64,000 nucleotides of DNA from a virus. Position 1 is the first letter of the stretch. The number at the start of each line of letters is the position of its first letter. The stretch is from positions 12,779 through 76,778 of the IMG/VR virus record IMGVR_UViG_3300021168_000355. One strand, 5' to 3'. The notes beneath the pieces were generated by a model that was given only the letters and a program-made list of their open reading frames with translations, did no database searches and was not told the origin of the DNA. This document shows positions 60,100 through 64,000 of this stretch, one piece after another. The position numbers were made by a program, and so were the translations under genes.

Positions 60100-60170
60100 G
60101 GTCGAAAGCTAAGGGTCCGATCCCCTTAGCTCGCGGTGTAAGGCACCGCCTGACGAGACCGTCAGTCCTT
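60100..60170 (+). ncRNA. Hammerhead ribozyme, type II
   Basis: GGUC-GAAA-GCUAAGGG/CCCUUAGC-UC-GCGGUG/CACCGC-CUGACGA-GACC: full catalytic core, three paired stems, and a loop I (UAAGG) / 3' CCUU pseudoknot. Confidence 0.9.
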
Positions 60171-60182
60171 GAGGAGGCCCAA

Positions 60183-60317
60183 ATGGGTGATGAAAGAGAA
60201 GAGGAATTGAATACTCCCCCGCCTGTAAAAGCGGACGAACAGCCCAAAGAGGAAACCGTTGTAGCGTCGCCACCCGAGGAAAAGTCTGAGGAGAAAACAG
60301 ACGATTCCGCCGCGTAA
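60183..60317 (+). CDS. 44-aa acidic Pro/Glu-rich peptide downstream of the ribozyme
   Basis: GAGGAGG RBS at 60171; MGDEREEELNTPPPV... Confidence 0.6.
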   Translation: MGDEREEELNTPPPVKADEQPKEETVVASPPEEKSEEKTDDSAA

Positions 60318-60419
60318 AGCGTAAGCCTGTTCACCTGGGCAAAGGGAGGGGTTGCGGTTCGGTAGAAGTCCGATTGAAGGCCCTGCATTGAGCCCCGCCG
60401 CGACATTTTTGAGGATAGT

Positions 60420-61523
60420 ATGACCACGACGCTTGCAGACCGAGTGATTGAGGCCTGTGCAGATCGCCGTACAGACCGACCCACTCTTGAATTACTGTCG
60501 CCTGTTGCTAGGGACATCCACACGGCACAGCGGTTTGTCATAACTGAGGATGTCAGGGATGCAGTGCGAGACTTATTAACCTCTCGCCCATCCTCCCTGT
60601 ATTCAGCCCTCTCCTACGCGCGTCCCCCATTCGAGCGTTGCTGGATTGAGTGGCCCACTCCCAATCAACCCGAACCCATTCACGCTGTCCGCGCCCGAAC
60701 TAAGCGAGTAGGGGCTATGATCATGGCGGAACCGGGATCGTTCTGCCACGCATTCAAATTCTATACTGTGTGGAGTTATGATATTGGTGATAGCTATGCT
60801 CGATGGTTAGAGGTAACAAAAGACCCTGACATTTCATCTAGGATTGCTGCCCATCATAAAGTTGGTATCGGTGTCAGCGTCTTGCAGGTCGGATTCGATT
60901 TTACCAGTATAGAGGACGAGACACCCAAGTATTTCAAAGACTGGCATAGGCCACCGGGATCAAAGAATTGGACTGATGATCATTTGCGGAGAATCCGTAA
61001 TGACGAAGAAAATGCCATTCGCCATGTCCTTGCTGATCCCGCTGAACGTGTAGCTTTGGACAAGATCGAGGGGCTTATTCGTTGGGGCATTCGTCGTGGT
61101 CAAGTACCCACTGAACATTTAGCAGCTTCCGCATCCTTTGGTAAGGCTGGAATCGAGGCAGCTTTGGATGATGTTCGGGATGAAATCGGCCCCCTGATAT
61201 CGCTCCTAATCCTGATGAACTCCAAGAACTGTGTGGATGTGGAAAAGCAAACCATAGCCCCGAAACATAATAGGGCGCGTGTCAAGAGCGGCAAGCCCGA
61301 ATTTCTGGGACACTCAACGGTTCATATCAGACTTGGGAAAACATATGCCAATGTTGCGGCTGCACACGGGATGACGAAAGAGGAAGCTCGACGGCATCTT
61401 GTGCGAGGCCATTTCAAAATCCGCAAATACGGTGTCTATTGGTGGACACCCCATCTGAGGGGCAGTTCTCTCCGAGGCCATGTCAACCGAGAGGCATATA
61501 TAGTTGACCCAGCGCAGAAATGA
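60420..61523 (+). CDS. Conserved phage hypothetical protein
   Basis: PPFERCWIEW; C-terminal RRHLVRGHFK....WW.PH.RG. Confidence 0.7.
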   Translation: MTTTLADRVIEACADRRTDRPTLELLSPVARDIHTAQRFVITEDVRDAVRDLLTSRPSSLYSALSYARPPFERCWIEWPTPNQPEPIHAVRARTKRVGAMIMAEPGSFCHAFKFYTVWSYDIGDSYARWLEVTKDPDISSRIAAHHKVGIGVSVLQVGFDFTSIEDETPKYFKDWHRPPGSKNWTDDHLRRIRNDEENAIRHVLADPAERVALDKIEGLIRWGIRRGQVPTEHLAASASFGKAGIEAALDDVRDEIGPLISLLILMNSKNCVDVEKQTIAPKHNRARVKSGKPEFLGHSTVHIRLGKTYANVAAAHGMTKEEARRHLVRGHFKIRKYGVYWWTPHLRGSSLRGHVNREAYIVDPAQK

Positions 61524-61531
61524 GCTATAAT
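61504..61531 (+). promoter_or_regulatory. sigma70-type promoter for queC
   Basis: TTGACC-N16-TATAAT. Confidence 0.55.
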
Positions 61532-61630
61532 GCGTCGATTCCTCATGCGTTTAGAAGCTCACAGAAGCTCGCTGAGACGCATGGAACAAGTCAGCTATAG
61601 CTCTACACGTCGCACAAGGAACGCTAGTCT

Positions 61631-62419
61631 ATGACGATTTATGAGGATCCCGCTAAACTTGAGGAGAAAAGCCGGATGAATCCATCTTCTGTGTTGGTTG
61701 TCTTGTCGGGAGGACAGGACTCGACAACCTGTTTGTTCCATGCGATCCATTCCCCCACTGTGTTCAATCGAGTGGGCGCCCTATCATTTGACTATGGGCA
61801 GCGACACTCCCGAGAATTGGAGAGTGCCGCTTTCGTCTATGAATTGGCGCAGCATTATGTTGAGCAGGGTATCCATATGGAGCCTTACCGTCATATAAAG
61901 AAAATGGGAAACATCTTTGAGGGCAACTCGCCTTTGACGACTGATCACCCATTAGAGGAATATGCCGACGTAACGGAAATGAACGCGAAACTCCAAGATC
62001 GAGTGGAGTTGACGTTTGTGCCGGGACGCAATGCCGTTTTTCTCGCCCTCGCCTACAGCTACGCCACAGCCTGGGGGTTCGATTCCATCATGACTGGAGT
62101 CAATGCTGCGGATGCGGGCAATTATCCAGATTGTACACCAGAGTTCGTTGCGTCAATGGCAGAGACAATGGCATTGGCAACTCGCCAACGTATCAAGATA
62201 TACACTCCACTACAAGGGAAAAGCAAGAAGGAGATTGTTGAACTTGGGAATGGGCTCAACGGATGTATGAGAGCAATGGCTTTTACTACCACAGACTATG
62301 CAGGCGCCTATCCCCCACTTAACAATCATGCTTCGGTCTTACGTGCGAGTGGATTCACCGAAGCTAATACTCCAGACCCACTGATGGAACGGGCGAGGTT
62401 TGAGGGATTGGTCAAGTAG
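61631..62419 (+). CDS. queC: 7-cyano-7-deazaguanine synthase (QueC-like)
   Basis: SGGQDSTT PP-loop, FDYGQRH..E, TFVPGRN..FL, YPDC, TPL...K motifs. Confidence 0.92.
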   Translation: MTIYEDPAKLEEKSRMNPSSVLVVLSGGQDSTTCLFHAIHSPTVFNRVGALSFDYGQRHSRELESAAFVYELAQHYVEQGIHMEPYRHIKKMGNIFEGNSPLTTDHPLEEYADVTEMNAKLQDRVELTFVPGRNAVFLALAYSYATAWGFDSIMTGVNAADAGNYPDCTPEFVASMAETMALATRQRIKIYTPLQGKSKKEIVELGNGLNGCMRAMAFTTTDYAGAYPPLNNHASVLRASGFTEANTPDPLMERARFEGLVK

Positions 62420-62754
62420 TGTTTGAACGGCATAACCATTTCTTTTGGATTGATGCGGACCATGTCGTCCATCCTGCAAGGGATATGGACGAGTGGTCCG
62501 CTCATTACGACGATGACCATAGAATCGTTGCCCAAACGGGTAACGACAATATTTGGGTGTCCACTGTATTCTTAGGAATTAACCACAATTTTGGATTCAG
62601 TGATGATACCAGACCCATTTTATTTGAGACCATGATCTTTGGTGGAAGAATGGATGACTATCAACATAGATATTGTACCTATGAAGAGGCTTTAGCTGGT
62701 CATCATATGGTGTGTGAAGAACTCTTTGGGATAGTCAAGCATGATAGCTCCTAA
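62419..62754 (+). CDS. Conserved phage hypothetical protein
   Basis: VSTVFLG.NHNF.....P.LFETMIFGG.....Q.RY.T..EA.AGH. Confidence 0.7.
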   Translation: MFERHNHFFWIDADHVVHPARDMDEWSAHYDDDHRIVAQTGNDNIWVSTVFLGINHNFGFSDDTRPILFETMIFGGRMDDYQHRYCTYEEALAGHHMVCEELFGIVKHDSS

Positions 62755-63015
62755 TCGCCATGATCGCGGCTGGCCAAAGGTGGCATTAATAACCTATACC
62801 GTAGAAATGGGACAGAGTTGGCGATTCTGCATCGAACCTATGGGTAGGCGTGATGCTGTTTGGGAACGTAGTGGATATGTGGAGTTGATCGTATGGAAAA
62901 AACAGACGGACCCTAAATGGTGCGTCAAATGACGAGGCCACTCGCATCATTTGACGAGGGGTAAAGGCCTCACGAATAATTGTGTGACTCCTCGAAATAA
63001 ATGTCTGGGACCCCC

Positions 63016-63044
63016 TTGACAAGGTCGATGTTCTGTGCTTATGT
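63016..63044 (+). promoter_or_regulatory. sigma70-type promoter
   Basis: TTGACA-N17-TTATGT with TGC before the -10. Confidence 0.5.
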
Positions 63045-63077
63045 GATCCTGACGGGGCATACCCGTGAGGAGGAAAT

Positions 63078-63869
63078 ATGCAAACCTATATGTTGAGACA
63101 CCATGCTGATAACAACCTCAAGAAATTGCGGGACGAGAACCCGGCCATTTCATTTGAGTTGGTTGAAATCAATGGTGGTTTCATCATTCAGGCAAAGAGG
63201 CCTGAACACGTCCAATGGTCGGGTGAAATTGTTTCATCCCTTAACCAACTAGGAGTTGATATCGTGGTCGATCATACGCACACCGAAGCTACCGCGCCCG
63301 AAGCTACCGCGGCACCCGAGACTGCGGCACCTGCTGCTGAGGCTGCACCTGCCGTCGAGAAGCCCAAGAAAGAACCAAAGCCCAAGGTTCAGTGGAGCGT
63401 CATGTGGAAGACCGCTCCCGACAAAGTCGCCGCTCGCGTGGCAAAGGGCGAACCCCCGTTCAAGCCTGGCTCCAAGCGCGATATCACCAAGCAGTTGCTT
63501 GAGCAGGAGAACGGCTGCACCATCGAAGAGGCGATGAATGCTCTGGCATGGGACAAGGCGACCGTCCTGTCCAGCTTCACTGAAATCGCAACCCTGTTGG
63601 ACCGGCGTAAGGTCATCACTACGAAGGGCGCCGAAGGTCAGCCCAATCGGTATACGATGGGGCCTCCCATGACAACGGAGCAGGTTGAACAGGAACGCAA
63701 GGAGCGCACGGAGCGCCGAGCCAGTCTCGCTGAGGAGAAGCAGAAGAAGGCTGTTGAACGCGAGGCGAAGAAGAAGGCTACCGAGGAAGCTGCTGCCGCA
63801 GCTACCGCTGCCCAGGCTGCTGCTGCCGGCCACCAGGCTCCCCCAGCTGAACAACACGCTGCCCAGTAA
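63078..63869 (+). CDS. DUF3489-domain protein with Ala/Pro linker and coiled-coil tail
   Basis: KPGSKR....QLL...NG.TIEE...AL.W...TV motif. Confidence 0.7.
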   Translation: MQTYMLRHHADNNLKKLRDENPAISFELVEINGGFIIQAKRPEHVQWSGEIVSSLNQLGVDIVVDHTHTEATAPEATAAPETAAPAAEAAPAVEKPKKEPKPKVQWSVMWKTAPDKVAARVAKGEPPFKPGSKRDITKQLLEQENGCTIEEAMNALAWDKATVLSSFTEIATLLDRRKVITTKGAEGQPNRYTMGPPMTTEQVEQERKERTERRASLAEEKQKKAVEREAKKKATEEAAAAATAAQAAAAGHQAPPAEQHAAQ

Positions 63870-63877
63870 CGCACTTT

Positions 63878-63913
63878 TAGGGTCGGGTGTAACAAACCCG
63901 ACCCTATTTTTTT
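63878..63913 (+). terminator. Rho-independent terminator
   Basis: TAGGGTCGGGT...ACCCGACCCTA followed by a T run. Confidence 0.8.
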
Positions 63914-63927
63914 GGAAGGAAACGCTT

Positions 63928-64000
63928 GTGACATACCTCACCGTAAAGACCTTTCCTCCTATCTCCTGCTGCTATCGCAATTGGAAAGCTGCATCCCACT
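63928..64000 (+). CDS. QueD-like 6-carboxytetrahydropterin synthase, N-terminus only (truncated by window)
   Basis: GTG start after AAGGA: MTYLTVKTFPPISCCYRNWKAASH, resembling the phage QueD N-terminal S.C.R.W.A.SH(C) motif; 1.5 kb from queC. Confidence 0.6.
   Translation, partial: MTYLTVKTFPPISCCYRNWKAASH

Noticed and set aside
60355-60376. tRNA, twister ribozyme or cobalamin riboswitch suggested by GGTAGAAGTCC
   Set aside because: No cloverleaf, twister P1/P2 arrangement or B12 box; kept only as an unclassified structured candidate

Overview
The window is a 64-kb segment of a tailed dsDNA phage with a contractile tail. Its virion genes resemble the Bcep781/OP2-type myovirus module: DUF1073-type portal, DUF2213-type protease, DUF2184-type capsid and DUF3383-type sheath. 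All family assignments here come from motif recognition, not database searches. Positions 1-30.5 kb on the minus strand hold the packaging, head, tail, baseplate and fibre genes. Positions 30.6-64 kb, mostly plus strand, hold an SNF2 helicase, a TOPRIM/VapE primase-helicase, an SSB-like protein, many small early genes with their own sigma70-type promoters, and the start of a 7-deazaguanine pathway (queC, and a queD-like gene cut by the window end). A GcrA-like domain, DUF3489, DUF3309, a PEPxxWA-CTERM protein and the promoter style point to an alphaproteobacterial host. The most notable observations are: (1) a complete type II hammerhead ribozyme at 60100-60170, followed by a 44-aa acidic ORF and a second structured element; (2) a phage ProQ/FinO RNA chaperone together with a promoter-driven two-state structured RNA; (3) a phage-borne PEP-CTERM surface protein; (4) a QueC lacking the zinc cysteines; (5) a NUDIX-protease-scaffold fusion; (6) an unannotated -1 frameshift in the tail chaperone; (7) a repeated palindromic operator TTTTAGTATACTAAAA; and (8) mosaic paralogous tail fibres. 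No integrase, DNA polymerase, lysis cassette, tRNA or CRISPR array was recognised in this window.
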